DNA from: Vicugna vicugna
Taxonomy: Eukaryota
Reading direction: 5' to 3'
Assembly: GCA_013265495.1 (NCBI GenBank)
Contig: MU058059.1
Coordinates: 1,054,001 to 1,118,000, forward strand
Length of the DNA: 64,000 bases
Shown here: positions 38,931-51,310 of the stretch, one piece after another
Layout: the number at the start of each line of letters is the position of its first letter
Position numbering within the stretch: position 1 is the first letter of the stretch
Program-made: the position numbers and the translations under genes
Notes under the pieces: generated by a model
Database searches by the model: none
The model's input: the letters and a program-made list of their open reading frames with translations, nothing else
Told to the model about the DNA's origin: nothing

Positions 38931-41900
38931 AAACTGGAAGCTTGTTGCCGGGGCAGCTAACCCAAAGCCAGACTCGGTGTTTCCCCGTTACTGACTCTTC
39001 ACCAGGAGGTGTTCTTGCCCCGTGTTAGTGACGGGGACCCTGTGGTGACGTTGCATAGTGCACTGGAGCAGCAGTGCGGTGGCTGAGACCCGATTCCTGG
39101 TTTTCCCCCCCGCACTGAGACATGACACCTCCCTTTGTCTCCGAGTTCCCAGGGAAAGTACCCCTGTGCCTTCCTTTGCCCAGATCTCTTTTTTCGCTTC
39201 TGATCTTGGTTCATCCCACTTGACTGAAATCCTCCTAATGGGCCCCAATTATATTCCAAGCCATCCCCTATCTCATCTCTGCTCTTAACCTACTTAGCTG
39301 CTCACTCCCTCATTACAGAGGATTCCAGGATGTTGTCCTTTTAGCTCTGATGTCTTGTATTCAGCCCCACCAGGATAAGAGCCCTTGTATTAGCTTTGGG
39401 CTATGTGACTGGTGGTCCTTCAGAACCTACCAGGCCCAGACCTGTTTGTACAGCATCTGTCCCCAGCACAAGCGCTTCCAAACCGAAACCTCACATGCTA
39501 CTCGACTTGCTTTTGAACACACTGATTTTCTTCTCCTCAGCAGTTTGGTGGCTACTTTGATTTCTCTCCTGCAGTTTCATTGACTCTCTGGACCAGTGAC
39601 AAATCAGAAACTTTGCAACAGTTATTTATATTTCTCCATCTTTACTGTGAAGATCACGGTCCAGTAGTGTTAAAATCTTCAACCCCTTTAGCAGCTCTCT
39701 GTGGAAAGTCATATTTTCTAACTAATTGTGTGTCTTGCTGTTCCTGGTTAACTAGCTCCGAATTGGAAAATTCTCTGTGCTCGCTCTCACACTCCTTCCC
39801 CAGGCCTCTGAAGTCATCAGTGGATTCTCACGGTATGGCAGGTGAAAATTATTACTCCTTTCAGATGAGGAAGCGGCTGCCCAGAGTGGCGTGTGACTCA
39901 TCCCATCCCTGGGTCTATTTAATGCACGTTCACAGTCAAGCGCTCTGACTTCAAGTCCTACAGAAATCATTCCCTGCTTGAGTGTTTGCTTTTTTTTTTC
40001 CGCCAGAGAAAGCATGTGAACATTCAGTGTGATGTGAAGAAAGCTAGGAATGTGGGATGGGGGAACACGGAGAAGAGAAGAAACAAGAGGCTTGGAGACT
40101 GCTCTGAAATACAAGACCAGTGGGCGTGGAGGCGAGAGAAGGCTCAGGAGGTGGTGCTGGGAGGAACAGATGTGCAGATGGGCTTCGAGAAAGTTCTTAC
40201 AAGTCTGTTTGTATGGACCTCTTCCGTCCCCAAATCCAAACCACGGGACCATCCTCAGTGGGGTGCCCCTTGCTGCTGCCACTCAGAGAACTGACGTCCC
40301 TTAACTTTCTCACATGTCTATATGGCAGCACCAAAATCGTGGCTTTTTTGTGGCCTGCCAACACGCATGTCAGGTTCAACCTTGAGTTCCTAACATTTGG
40401 ATGATGAATTTATCTAATATGGATAGAACCCTAGTGAACGTGGTGACATCTCTGTTTCTAAAGGTGTCCCATCTGAGACTGTTACAGAGGGACTTCATTC
40501 TCGTGCAACTGTCCTTCTGTTATTTCTCAATTTCCTAACATCTTAAAGTGCGTTCTTATTTAAAGTGACTTCACCAGTCCCAGATAGTTTAAAACCACAT
40601 GTAAGCAAGGCACATCAGTCCTCAAACTGACTAAAGGGTTTAGTATTCTGATTTTCAAAATGGTTGATCCTAGAAATTATTAAATGACTTTTCAGGCCGA
40701 CATTTAAAGTTATAAGCACCGTCTATACATGTTTGTTGAACACGTAGTATACACCTGGCCCTGGGGCATGAGGATGAGGACGACAGACTCTGCCCTCAAA
40801 GCTTCCATGCCGTCAGGAGCATACCTCCTTTACTGGGATGGAGAGATCATAGCCTAGTTACAAAATTTAGGTTTTAGAGCTCTGCTCCCCCTTGGAACAC
40901 AGAATGTTTTCCTGAGGTCACTACGTGTTCTAAGAAGTCTGTTTAAAAGTTGTTTTTGGAAACTAACGTTGCAGGAGAGGATCTTGACTCCTTGGTGTCA
41001 CTTAAGTCTGAACATAATTGATCCAGCTGGGAAATGCCTGTGGCAGACAACAGAAGGCCTGCAAGGTCATTTCCAAACCAGCCTGAACTTGAACGCCTCC
41101 CCACCTTAAATTAAGAGTAGAGGTAACAGCACCCCCACCGCAAAGCACGACCCCAGCTTGGGGAGGACGGCCCGGCCTGGCCCTGCGTGACTGTCATTAG
41201 AAGAAACGCACCCAGCCCCTGCGCTACCAGATTACAGTCTGTTTCCAATCAAATGGAATTTAGAATAAACCGGAATTAGATTTGGGGTTTACAATCGTTT
41301 CCACTTTGGTTCATTTCCTGGAATCCAGGCCTCTCCCCGCCCAGTCTTAATCCAAAGCACTTCGAAGGGAATTACGCAGGACTTGTCCACCAGCCTCGGC
41401 TGGGGGCGCAGCGGGCTGGAAGCCCCGGTCCCTCGGGAGAGCGGCGCCAAGGGCCGGACCTCTGGCCTGGGTCAGCCTCGCCCGGCGGCGCTCGACGGCG
41501 CTCCCCGTCGGATCCCGCGTTCTCCCTTTCCGCGGCTTTTGGACGCCGCCCCTCGCTCCCCAGAGGATTTCGCCTCCAGCACCTCCGGCTTTCTGGGCGC
41601 AGAGGATTCATTTCTGCAGAATCAAAAGCGAAAGCCGCGGGCCGAGGGGGCGGCGGAACGCGCTGCAAGGCCGCTGCTCCGGAATCCGCAGCGGCCGCGA
41701 GGGCGGTCCTCACGGCGCCCGCCCGGACCGCAACTTCCAGGGCAACTCCGGCGCCCCGGGGCCCGCCGCGGCCCCCACGCGCCCTCCCACTGCGGCGCCC
41801 CGCCCCCCGGCTCCCGCGGCCCGGGGGCGCCCGCTCGCAGGTCGTCCCCAGCCAGCCCCACGCCTGCGCCGCGCGCCGAAAAGTGGGTCTGGAGGCTCAG

Positions 41901-43241
41901 TGACCCCCAGCTTCGGCTTCCCGAGTGGCACGACGCCCTCCCTGAAGCGTGGCCTCGCCTCCGCCAGCCTCTACCCGAGGTCCTTCCAGCCGAGCCTCCG
42001 GAAGACGAAATGCCCGGCGAGGGGCCCTCCTCTGCATTTTGGAAACCTGCCTCCTTCGCCTGAAGAGCGCCCTGATCCCCCACCTGCACTCTCCGGCCGG
42101 ATGGTTTTCACCCTGGGACGCGCCTAGGTGGGGCAACGGGGCGGGGGGGTGGTGCTGGCAGCTGGAGCGGGAGGAGGTGGGGAGCCAGCCGCGCTGATTT
42201 GGTGGCATGCAGCTGCAAGCCGCTCGCGGCTCGGGGCGGCGGGGCCCAGCGGCTCGGACGGGCAGGGAGAGCGGGCTCCCGCGCCTCTGCCTCACGGAGG
42301 GACACACACACACACACATACACACACTGTCGCCAGCACCCCCACGCCGCAAGCTAGGATGCGGAGGTCAGAGCCACTGTCCACTTCACGGCAGGGGCTG
42401 AAAAGTCCAGATGGAGGCAGCGGCTCTCGCCTCTTCTCTAAGGTTGGCAACATCCTAGAAGGCCCCTAATTTCCCAGAGTGAACAAGGTCTGGCTTCTGA
42501 GATTCCATTCCCTGGACAAGCAGTTCAAGCTGCAGGGGCAGGGATGGACAGAGGGAGCACTGGAGAGCGAGCCGGCGCCCACCTCCGCCCTCGGCACAGA
42601 GAACTGGCCCGCCGCACCCGCTCCAGCGCACAGCGCGGCGGCTGAGGCCAGGGAGCCGAACCCCCGGGCGCTCCAACTCGGGCGAGGGTAGGGAGGGGAG
42701 TGACAGCAGCAACCACTTCGCGCGTTGGCAAAAGCAAGGACTCTCCAAATAGGCTGCGCCGAGGGCGCGGAGGGGTGGGGGCGAGAGGGGCGGAGGAGGA
42801 GTTGCGGGGCCGGGAGGAATGACGTCCTCTGGCGCCCGGGGCTCGCGGGGACTGAAGATTCGTGCGCTCGCCCGGCCCGGCGCGCTCACTCCCGGGGTTC
42901 TCAGAGGCGCCGCGCCAGGCTCCTGCTGCGGCTCCAGAACCGCGCGCACAGGAAAGATCCCGGCCCGCTGCACCCAGGGTGCCAGCCCTCCGGCCACCTC
43001 AAAGCCCCTCTCTGCCCGTCTCTCGCCACGAATGCCCGCTCTGGAGTCCCTGCCGATTCCAGGCAGGCCGGGCAGGAAGCCCCCGGCCAGGCCAGCCTCG
43101 CCCCTTCCTCGTCTTCTCCCTCCTCGACCTCGAGCCAAGGGCAGGCGCCCGTGCCCTGGCTCCTGCCCACTGGGCGAGCCGGCGTCCCGGCCAGCGCCCG
43201 ACTGCAAAGGGGGATGGGGCAGGGAAAGGAAAGGCACTCAC

Positions 43242-43530
43242 CTGGGTCACCGGGAGGCTCCCTCTCCGGTCCTTCCCGGAGCCCGTTCGCAGTCCCCCGG
43301 CGCAACCTTCCTTGAAGAAAAAAAGTAGCGCAAGGGCAGACGAGAGGTAGGGAGGCTCACAGGTCCCTGCGCTGCGGCTTTTTTCCTTTGGATTCTCCCG
43401 GGTCTAGTCTCGGGTTCCGCCGCGGGAAAGAGCTCCTGGAGGCTGGAAGGGGCCGCCAGAGCGGGGCTCCCTCGCAGCGGTGGCGGTGGCGCCTCCAACT
43501 TGCCACCTGCAGCGCGCGCTGGGCGCCTGT
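43242..43530 (-). other. Probable non-coding first exon of an unidentified minus-strand gene (5' end approximate)
   Basis: Consensus donor CCCAG|GTGAGT on minus (plus actcac at 43236-43241) inside the CpG island, downstream of GC boxes. No convincing ATG-initiated frame. Confidence 0.65.
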
Positions 43531-43684
43531 GACAGCCCGCGCCTCTCGGCCCGCGCCGGCCCGCCCTCCCCGGCCGCTGGTTGGCTGCGCCGGGCGCCCG
43601 GGCGGTCCCCGCGCTCGGCCCCGCCCCGCTCCCGCCTCCGAGCTGCCGCCCGCCGAGTGCGGCTCCTTCCAGGCCGCCCCGGGC

Positions 43685-43690
43685 TTTATA
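43685..43690 (-). promoter_or_regulatory. TATA-like element (TATAAA on minus, TTTATA on plus)
   Basis: Isolated AT hexamer within GC-rich island sequence, flanked by GC boxes. The functional orientation is uncertain. Confidence 0.4.
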
Positions 43691-43714
43691 GCCGGGAGTT
43701 CTGGGAGCGGCTGA

Positions 43715-43977
43715 GGCGTCTGCAGACGGAAGAGTCCGGCACACACGCGGGCACGCGCAAATTGCGTGTCGCTCGGGGCCTGGAGGAAAGACAGAGGGTG
43801 TGAGAAGTGCCCTCCGTGTGCCTGAAGGGGACCTGGTACCTGGGCATTAAATCTGGGCGGCCTCTGGGGAGGGGTACGGCCCCAGCGGCAAACAGGCGGG
43901 GAGGGCGCGGAACGAGCTTGGAGGCTTGTTTTCGCTTCAGCTTCGCGCACGCTCACGCGAAGCGCTCGCACTGGGAG
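43715..43977 (+). ncRNA. Candidate first exon of a divergent (head-to-head) transcript, probably lncRNA (5' end approximate)
   Basis: Consensus donor GAG|GTAAGT at 43977/43978, with GC boxes and TTTATA upstream at 43685. An acceptor-like ttgttttcgcttcag ends at 43940. Confidence 0.4.
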
Positions 43978-45454
43978 GTAAGTCCTGGAATGCCGGCCTC
44001 TTCCTAGCCACGGGCACCGAGGCCGGGGGCAGCCTCGGCTTCCAGCCCCCGCCAAGCCACCCGCCCCCACCGGTGGCCCCGGAGCCTCCCGGCCTGAAGG
44101 CCCGGGTGTCCGCCACACGCTTGCTTGGTTCTGCGCCTCCAAGTCCAGGCCGTGGAAACTCAAGCCGGTGTACACACAAGGCCTGGGTTTTGCACAACTC
44201 TGGGGCCTTTTAAGCAAACAAGGGGAACATTGTCTTTCTTTTTTATTTCTCCCGCTGCCTCCCCAAGACTGGGACGGGAGTGCACTGCACCGTCTTCCAG
44301 GGCGTTTGAGCGCACTCTTCACTCTGCCTCTAAGGAGGCACACTTTCTGCACAACTACTGAGCAAAGTCTACCGAGGGAGAAAAACTATAAAAACGCTCA
44401 AATACCACTCTGGAAAACGATCCAGTCAACCAGCAACATGTCACTCCGCGGGTGTGTCTGTGCAGAAGAGGCACATGGCCAAGGACTTGTGAGTTCAGGA
44501 ACATTTGAAAATTAACTTCCCAAGTAGCCCATTTTATACCCCACCAGGCACATGTCTTTATTTTGTGAGTGCAGGTGTGTCACTATTAAGGGACACAAGT
44601 GTACGTGGTCAGGCGTGTCTAGCTGGGCTCTGTAGACTCCTCAGCAGGGTGAGGGGCAGAAAGGCGCTTCACTCAAGGACTTCAGGGGACGGTTGGCACC
44701 AGTCAAGGAGCCACTCCCTGTCAACCGTTGCTAAGTAACTCAGAATACTGCTCTATAGCACCAGTTCCTTGCATCTTAAAGACAGATTTTGTTTCATGAG
44801 ATCCTAACATCTTGGGTCCACTTTGGAAAATAATAGCCAATGGAAACTTGTTTTTCCCTGCAGCCAAGTGCTAATGTTTACTTTTCTCAAGAAGAGGCGG
44901 GCTAGTCCTTATTCATCTTCTTGAAACTTCTTGAAACCCAAGACTAGGGTGGCACGATTCAGAGCTGAAGCATTCATGAGGAGGTACTTCAATACTCCAA
45001 GTTAAGTGCTTGCTAAATGCATTGCACTTTGACCTGAACTGGGTGAAACCAGGAGGAGCATGAAGGTGTGGCTTGCTCAAGTTTGAGGGCAGCTGACTCA
45101 GTACCTGGAGGAGAAGCTTATAAAAGGCAGGGGTGGGGCTGGGGATAGGGGCAGGGGGGATGTAAGCTCACATCCGCATCTGATGTGTTGACAGCCAGGC
45201 GAGGGCACAAACAACTAGACAAGATGCATTTCCTTACTAGTAGAGAAGGAGCTTGAAGACTCAAGTGGATGAGAAAGTATAGAGGAGAGGAATGAGAAAG
45301 AGTTGAGAGAGAAAATTGGAGACTCTCTGGACAGTGAAAGAAATCAGTGGACACCATTTGGTTCACTGAACCTCCCAGTGGCTTAAGATTCTGAAGGAGG
45401 AGACAAGAGAGAATCGCTGGGACCCAGAGGCAGGAAGAATGGATGCTCAGAGTC

Positions 45455-45695
45455 CTGGAGTGGCTGACGGAGTCAGCCGAAACAGGGCTGAATCCAGGCT
45501 CCCACACCTCTGCGTGATGTGTTTGATTTGCAAGTGGGATCCGTTGTTTAAACTCCATTCTCTTCGTCTGTGTAAAGGGGCTAAGGGTGTCTGTCTGATG
45601 GAACTGTGGGCAGGAGTAACTGAGATAATGCATCCGTAATGTTGGGCACAATGTCTGCATATAGAAAGCATCCAATAAATAGCAGCTACCATTGT
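45455..45695 (+). mobile_element. MIR
   Basis: tggagt...aatccaggctccca...ctgtgtaaagggg...tgagataatgcat...caataaatagcagctacc. Confidence 0.65.
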
Positions 45696-46124
45696 AAACA
45701 GTGCTTCAAAGGGGCCTAAAGGTCACCTAACAGTTTGTATATTCGTTTTTGATAGTGGAACTGTGGAACATTATATATTTTTTTCTGTGACTTCTTTCGT
45801 CCAGACTGAAAGGCCTGCGCCTCCGGGCCCATCCTCACATGACCTGGTTTCACAATCATTCACCATCTCTCACCCTCCATATTGCCTCTGACCGTCTTAA
45901 AAAAGAACGCAGTGCTCCAGCCCCGTCTGCTGGCCAAATACCTTTCTCCACGACAGCCACGTGCTGCTGCTAGTGCAGCCTGCGCTTCTGTGCACGCTGC
46001 GAGTGGGAGATCGAGTCGGACAGCTCACAAATCTTCACCTGTTACTGTCCCCTCGGAACTTTGCAGCTCCTGGTGCTGTAGAAGGATAGAATTAGACCCG
46101 ATGACCAATGAAGTCACGTGTTAA

Positions 46125-47830
46125 TGATTTTGGGGAAACACTGCTAACTTACAAAAACATGGAACATGGTGCAAAGAACGCCCACGTCCTTCTCTCCTCG
46201 TTCTCCTGGACGTTATCATTTTATATTTGATCTCTCCCTCTCGCTTTCTCTAGATAGATACTCGTGATCAATATTCTTTTTCTGAACCATTTAAGAGCAA
46301 GTGTAGACAGGATGCCCCTTCACCCTTAAATACTCCGGGATTTGTATGTTTCCCCCAAACCAGGATTCTCTCCCACATACAGCCAATCCATAAAACCCCT
46401 TCCCACTTCACCAACTTTCCACACAATGTCTGTTTTTCATTTTTGGTCCCGAATCCAGTCTAAGGTCACACATTACATTGAGGTGACACGCCGGGTGAGT
46501 CTCCTTTAATCTGCTGCAGGTCCTCGGACTTTCCTCGGTCTTTCCTCGGTCTTTCATGCCCCTGACAGCTTTGAAAACCACATGCCTTTCATTCTGTAGA
46601 TTTAGTAGATCTCAGCCTGGATCCATCTCCTGTTTCCTCACGATTGGCCCCGGTCATGCATTTTGGTCAGGAATATCACCAAATCGGTGCTGTGCTCTTG
46701 ACAGCACACCCACATTAAGAACCATCCCACCGTTGTGATGTGAACCTTAATCACCTACATTGGTGGATGCTGGAATCCTCCAGTATAAAGTCAGCATTTC
46801 CCCCTTTGTAACTGATAAGTATTCTGTAGGGATCTATTCCTAGGCTACACCAGTATTCTGTTCCACATTAACCCTTCACTCAACCAGTCTCAGGCGGCAT
46901 TGATGACTCCAGCCTGAATCAGCCGTCACTACAATGGTTGCCAAATGACGATCCCCCATTTGCCTCTTTCCTTTTGCCTCTTTCCTTTTGCATCTATTAA
47001 CTGATACGTCTTCTGTAAAAAAAACCTCCCGTCCCTGCATTTATCTATTGACGTCATGGATTCCTATTCCATCCAATGAATTGTATTGTTACTTTCATTA
47101 TTTATTCTGATGCTCAAATTACCCAGATTTGGCCAGAGGGTGTCTCTTCAAGCTGGCTCTTAGGTCCCTCTGACATGTCCCCATTGTTCTCTGGGCACCT
47201 TCTAACTTCCTGGCATGGCAAGATCTTCCCGGCTCATTTCCTGCTTCCCTCGCCCCAGCCCTGGAGTCAGCCAGCTCCCCCAGGGGCCCTGGTTCCTTTT
47301 AATGGAGGATGACATTTAGGAACGAGATTGGGCCCCCAACATGCTCACTGCTGCTGGTTTGTGGAAACCTCTAGGCTCTCACAGTGGATAGAGCAAGGAA
47401 ATAAATGTCACGTGCTCACATGTAAGCTCACACACATGTATGTCTAAGGCTACGTGTGTGTGTTTATCTGTTACATAGCTACTTATAAGTATGTATCTGT
47501 GTGAACATATAGAGGAAAATCTGTCTCTGTCTCAGTATCACATCAATACTCCCAATTCTTTCTTTTCTTTTTTTTTTTAGGGACATCAGTGGTTTAATGG
47601 GCAGGGGGAGCTTACACATCTGAAGCAAGGTCCTGGAGCGACACCTCACTGTTTGCCGTGGATGTCGGGCGGGTCATGGTGGCAGTCTTTGCTCAATACT
47701 CCTAATTCTAACCCAACAAGTCAGGGTCCTTTTTAGCCCTTCCCCTTTCTACAGCTATAAGTCTTCTCTGACAGAGAGAAGCCTGGCTCCCATTGCCCTC
47801 AGAGTATTGACTTACTTGCCTGGCTCGCCA
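46125..47830 (-). mobile_element. Old L1 (L1MC/ME-like) 3'UTR hosting the retrocopy at 47560
   Basis: aacttacaaaaac...ttttctgaaccatttaagagcaagt...tttattctgatgctcaaattacccagatttggccag...ccctggttccttttaatggag. Confidence 0.7.
47560..47692 (-). pseudogene. Short 5'-truncated retrocopy of an unidentified mRNA 3' end
   Basis: 17-bp TSD tcaatactcc(c/t)aattct at 47543-47559 and 47693-47709, poly(A) tail on minus, ATTAAA ~14 nt before the tail, and a TT|AGAA L1-endonuclease-like target. Confidence 0.8.
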
Positions 47831-47969
47831 TGTGTAACAATCCTCTGACCACATCCGCCCCCTCCTCACCCTGGCTCCGGCTGCAGCCCCGCTGCTCCTG
47901 CAGCCTCCTGGGTGCCGGCGGCAGCTGTCGGCTCCTGATTGTACCTCGTCAGTGAGATGACTTTTGCAT

Positions 47970-49280
47970 CCTTGCAGGTGCTGAGGTCAAAATCCCAAAG
48001 TCATCCTTGACAATGGCCTTTCCCTCACATCCCATGCCTAATCTGTAGCAAGTTCTGTGTGTTGTACCTTGAGCGAGGTCCAGAATCCAACTTTTTCTCA
48101 CCACTTCCATCACTACAGCCTTGGTTCAGATCAACATCATCTCTTGTCTTAACTATTGTGACAGTCTCCTGACTGGTCCCCTGCATCGGACCTTGCTCTC
48201 CTCAAGGCTGTCGTCAACCCCGCAGCCTAAGAAAGACTTTCAGTGTTGGTCATGTCATTTTACTTCCCTGCTCAATGGCTTCTGCTTTGTCAAAATACCA
48301 ATTCTAAATCCAAGCAGATCTGCCCCCTTGGTCTCAATGCCGCTTCTTCCTCACGTCTTCCTGCCCTCCCCCTCGGCCCCCACTCTAGGTACACTGGCTT
48401 CCGAGCTGCCCCTCCTTCTGCCTGAGATGCTCTTCCTCAGGTGTCCCTGTAATTTCCACCACCTCCAGGTCTTTGCTCCAATGCATCTTCCTCACTGAAG
48501 CCTTCCCTGGCGCCATACTGAGACAGGAGGGAAGCAGGCAGGTCATAGCCATTAAAAGAATGACACAGCAATTAGCACCAAGAGGGTGGAAGACTTAACT
48601 CCCAGTAGACCTGGAGCTTCATTATAGGCTCATTCTAATACAATAGCTGCTAAATGGTAGTTTCAGGACTGGCTATAAAAGGTCAAAACATGGGTGATGG
48701 CCAGTTCCTGGGATTCCCCGCCCCTTCCCCAAAGCAGATGGAATAGTCCTCCCGCTTGTTAACATGTGAAGCTGCTGAGCCCATAAAAACTAACAACACC
48801 AGCCCGCACCTCATGGCCTTTTCTCTTGTCTTTTGAGATGGCCCGCACTCTGTCTATGGAGTGTGTATCTCTCTAAATAAATCTACCTTCATTCTACTAT
48901 GGTTCGCTCTTGAATTCTTTCCTGCATGAAGCCAAGGACCCTTACTTGGTGGGGCGGGTCCCAGGGACTCGCCCAAGACGTGGGACACGGTCATCCTCAA
49001 GCTCCATTTTTCTGTATCAATATTTAAAAGTGCCCCTCCTCCCTGCAATCCATCTTCTCTCTTAACTGCTTGATTTTTCTCTATAGCATGTACTACAACC
49101 CTACATAGTATAGATTTTCATTATTCATTATTTATAGGCTGCCTCTCTGCCTGCCGTGACTATAAACTCCAAGAAAAGGGAGATTTTAGTCTCTTTTGTT
49201 TACTGTTACATCCTCAGCACCTGTATCAGAGCATGGTATAAAATAGACCTTCAATAAATAATTGTGAAACAAATGGATGA
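47970..49280 (+). mobile_element. L2 3' remnant split by an LTR
   Basis: gtcatccttgac...tccagaatccaactttttctcaccacttcc...ttttgtttactgttacatcctcagcacct...tcaataaatattgtgaa(atgg) L2 terminus. Confidence 0.8.
48519..49019 (+). mobile_element. Solo ERV1-type LTR
   Basis: TGAGACAGG...GTATCA termini, AATAAA near 48876, R/U5-like ttgaattctttcctgcatgaagccaagga, imperfect 4-bp TSD atac/atat. Confidence 0.85.
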
Positions 49281-49816
49281 AATTCCAGGAACACATAAAC
49301 ACATTTACAACTAACTATAGATATACCCACCTGCTAAGTGGTTGCCAATGTGACTTTCTTGAGAGACTGAAGCCAAATAGTGTTAACTTGAAAGGCTTCA
49401 TAGAGAGGCCAGTATAATTAAAGCAGAGTACAGTAAAAGGTTATCAAGAATGTAAAGACAGAAAAAGGCTATGTGTTTGATGAATATGAAATAAAGCAGG
49501 TAATCTGGAAACAAAGCGTTCCTAGGTGTCAGTTGACCATTGAATGGGCCAAGAGGTGAAATTACATACCACCAGGCATCAAAATGAAAAGTCCTGCAAA
49601 TACTTCCAAACATATTCTTTAAAATCATGTCGTCTGTCAAGAGGATTTTGGACACTTTCCTTTTGTGAAACAGAAATCTCTTCGAGCAGAAAGAACTCAT
49701 TAAAGGGGTGCACGATATTTCAAATTTAGCACTTTCTTTTTTTTAAAGTGGTAACTCAGCTCACAAGGGAAATTAATCCCTTTCTTGTACTATTCAATCT
49801 CCGTGTCCCTCTTGGG

Positions 49817-50421
49817 TTTTTTTTTTTTTAATTGAAGTTCAGTCAGTTACAATGTGTCAGTTTCTGGTGTGCAGCATAATGTCCCAGTCATGCATATATA
49901 TACATATGTTTGTTTTCATAGTCTTTTTCATTAAAGGTTATTACAAGGTATTAAATATAGTACTCTACAGAAGAAATTTGGGGGGTTTTGGGTCTATTTT
50001 TATATATAGTAGTTAATATTGCAAATCTCGAACTCCCAAATTTATCCCTTCCCACCCCTTATCCCCCGAGGAACCATAAGATTGTTTACTATGTCCATGA
50101 GTCTTTGTTTTGTAGATGAGTTCATTAGTGTCTTCTTTTTTCTCTTTTTTAGATTGCACATATGAGTGACATCATATGGTATTTTTCTTTCTCTTTCTGG
50201 CTTACTTCACTTAGAATGACAATCTCCAGGTCTATCCAATGCAAATGGCATTATTTTATTCTTTTTTATGGCTGGGTATTCCATTGTATAAATATACCAC
50301 AACTTCTTCATCCAGTCATCTGTCGATGGACATTTAGGTTGCTTCCATGTCTTGGCTATTGTATGTAGTGCAGCTGTGAACATTGGGGTGCATGTATCTT
50401 TTCAAATTAGAGTTCCCTCCA
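49817..50421 (-). mobile_element. L1 3' fragment
   Basis: poly(T), attgaagttcagtcagttacaatgtgtc...gacatttaggttgcttccatgtcttggctattg; TSD cttgggt. Confidence 0.92.
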
Positions 50422-51169
50422 GTCCAGCTTGGGTCTTATAAGCCAAAAGTCCTTAGAAAATATTTATACAAAACGAAATGGAAACTCATACGTACTGGAC
50501 AAATTTTCAGCATTGATTAGTCATCCAATTTTTAATGTACCTTGTTCTGCATACTTTAAAAGACTCTGAGTGCACATTTGAGAACTATTTAGAGAGCAAG
50601 TTTGACTGAGGCCAGTCCTGCAATTGTTTAATGACTGTGCTTGGAGATAACACATAAAATATAATGATTTATATTTGGAACTGCTAACAGTTATTTTCAT
50701 TTTCTATAAATCCTCCAAGGTATCCAGGTAGCAATCTCAGGAAAAGTCAGTGAATTGAATGAAAGATATAGCTCCAATAGAAATTTCAGGTGTTGTAACC
50801 TTTAAAGATTTTCAGCACATCCTTAATGAAATGAGATAGTTGGAAAGATGGTTCTTTCTCTTAAATTTATCTCATTAGTGTGAGTCTTCGAGATGAATTT
50901 TGGATTCTGCAAAAAATAGGTATCTGGTTATGCATTCTTTTGAAAGGCAGACCTTTCCATGTTTTCTCGAAGGTGCCATCATGGCCAAACCCGAGACCAG
51001 CATCCCCGCCTCCTGAGGCACAGCCCGGAGACCCGCCTTTGCTGCGTCAGTCTTTTCTCCCTGGTGCTGCTGTTCTGCTGGGGGACGCTCCAAAATGTTA
51101 GGCAAGGAGTCGAATAAGTTGTAATCTCTTGAAATGCCTTCTAGGCTCTTCTCCAAGGCCGTTTCTTTA

Positions 51170-51310
51170 CTAGAAGCCTGATCACTGGATTAACCTCCCT
51201 GAAGCTCAATCTCCTTAGATAAATTGGGAACGGCATTGCGTGCCTCATCCAATAGGTAGGATTAAAGGAAATAATTTGATGGAAGGGCTTTGAAAACTAT
51301 AAAGAGCCGT
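51170..51310 (+). mobile_element. MIR fragment
   Basis: ttaacctccctgaagctcaatctcc...aggattaaagg...gctttgaaaactataaag. Confidence 0.55.

Larger units (their letters stand above)
41340..44170. promoter_or_regulatory. CpG island / probable bidirectional promoter
   Basis: About 2.8 kb of very GC- and CpG-rich sequence against an AT-rich, CpG-poorer background. Contains GC boxes (GGGGCGGGGC on minus near 43618-43628), a TATA-like element at 43685-43690 and outward-facing splice donors on both strands. Confidence 0.93.

Noticed and set aside
1147..43530. Naming the host gene
   Set aside because: I considered several genes with non-coding first exons and long first introns, but no recognisable coding exon lies in the window, so no symbol can be supported.
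41372..44515. Many long overlapping ORFs (up to 331 aa) in all frames
   Set aside because: Stop-codon depletion in a CpG island; low-complexity R/P/G/A translations with no recognisable domain.
46520..46990. Short direct repeats (tttcctcggtc x2; tttgcctctttcct x2), similar ones at 38760 and 44920
   Set aside because: Ordinary replication-slippage micro-duplications.
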